Shown: in pieces, positions 63,331 through 64,000 of the stretch
Layout: each line of letters opens with the position of its first letter
Numbering within the stretch: position 1 is the first letter of the stretch
NCBI RefSeq assembly: GCF_006345805.1
Contig: NC_043009.1
Coordinates: forward strand, 35,960,001-36,024,000
DNA from: Octopus sinensis
Lineage: Eukaryota
Direction of reading: 5' to 3'
DNA length: 64,000 nt
Made by a program: the position numbers and the translations under genes
The notes under the pieces: generated by a model
Databases searched by the model: none
What the model was told of the DNA's origin: nothing
Seen by the model: the letters and a program-made list of their open reading frames with translations, nothing else

Positions 63331-64000
63331 AAATATGTGTCCATGTGAGAGTGGGTATTTGTCCGCTGGTTTTATGGGCATATCCGGGTGCCTGCATTTA
63401 TGTTTATTGCCCTGTGTGTATGTGTATGTATTTTATGTACGTATGTACATATGAATACGTGAGTGTGGATATACATGTTTGTAATTGCGTATCTGTATTT
63501 GTCTGTCTGCTTGTATATGTGTTTATGTGAGTGAGGATACGTTTGAGTGTATGTGTATGTTTGTGTGTATGTGTACGTGTATCCGTCTGTGTACGGGTAA
63601 GAGTGTGTGACCAGTCATGCGTGTGGTTGGAACCCTACAATTCTATGAATTACCTTGGAATCCGTTATCTCTCATATCAACAGTCGCTTGCCACAGCCAT
63701 TCATCGCATTGTCAACCCATTCAACATTTCTTGCCGAATAAAGCCATCAAAGTATCTCATCCACCGCATTCGGGTTCTTTTTTTATATATATTTCGTCGT
63801 CGTTCTTTACTTTTTGTCTTGCCATGTGTAAATCTCTAAAATAACGTAAAACATTTCTTTATATACCACTTCATTTCGTTTTCTCTATTTTCTTTCTCTC
63901 TTCCTCTTTCTCTCTACCTCTCTTTCTGCATCTCTCTATCTCTCTCTGCCTCTCTCTCTCTCTCTACCTCTCTACTCTCTCTCTTTCTTTCTTTCTTTGA

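Overview
AT-rich, repeat-saturated animal DNA, apparently intronic or intergenic. The SINE families resemble those I associate with octopus, so a coleoid cephalopod origin is likely (inference, not a database result). I cannot support any host protein-coding exon; most ORFs in the supplied track are microsatellite artefacts. The window contains: four tRNA-derived SINE families (called A-D here); Tc1/mariner DNA transposons (a full-length Tc1, two mariners, a maT-like fragment, a MITE); a Helentron-like non-autonomous element; fragments of CR1, RTE, R4/Dong-like (RLE) and L1/Tx1-like LINEs; and four Penelope-like GIY-YIG endonuclease remnants. Highlights: (1) a 1.3-kb element flanked by a perfect 16-bp TSD that encodes only a zinc-knuckle ORF1 and shares its 3' tail with SINE A; (2) eight type-I hammerhead-ribozyme-like motifs at seven loci, including one with an intact core (31.7 kb), an inverted pair forming a 163-nt hairpin (44.1 kb) and two copies with U at core position 6; (3) an in-frame junction between an R4-like RT region and a Penelope linker leading to GIY-YIG; (4) several long inverted repeats. 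Coordinates were read by eye and degenerate element boundaries are approximate.
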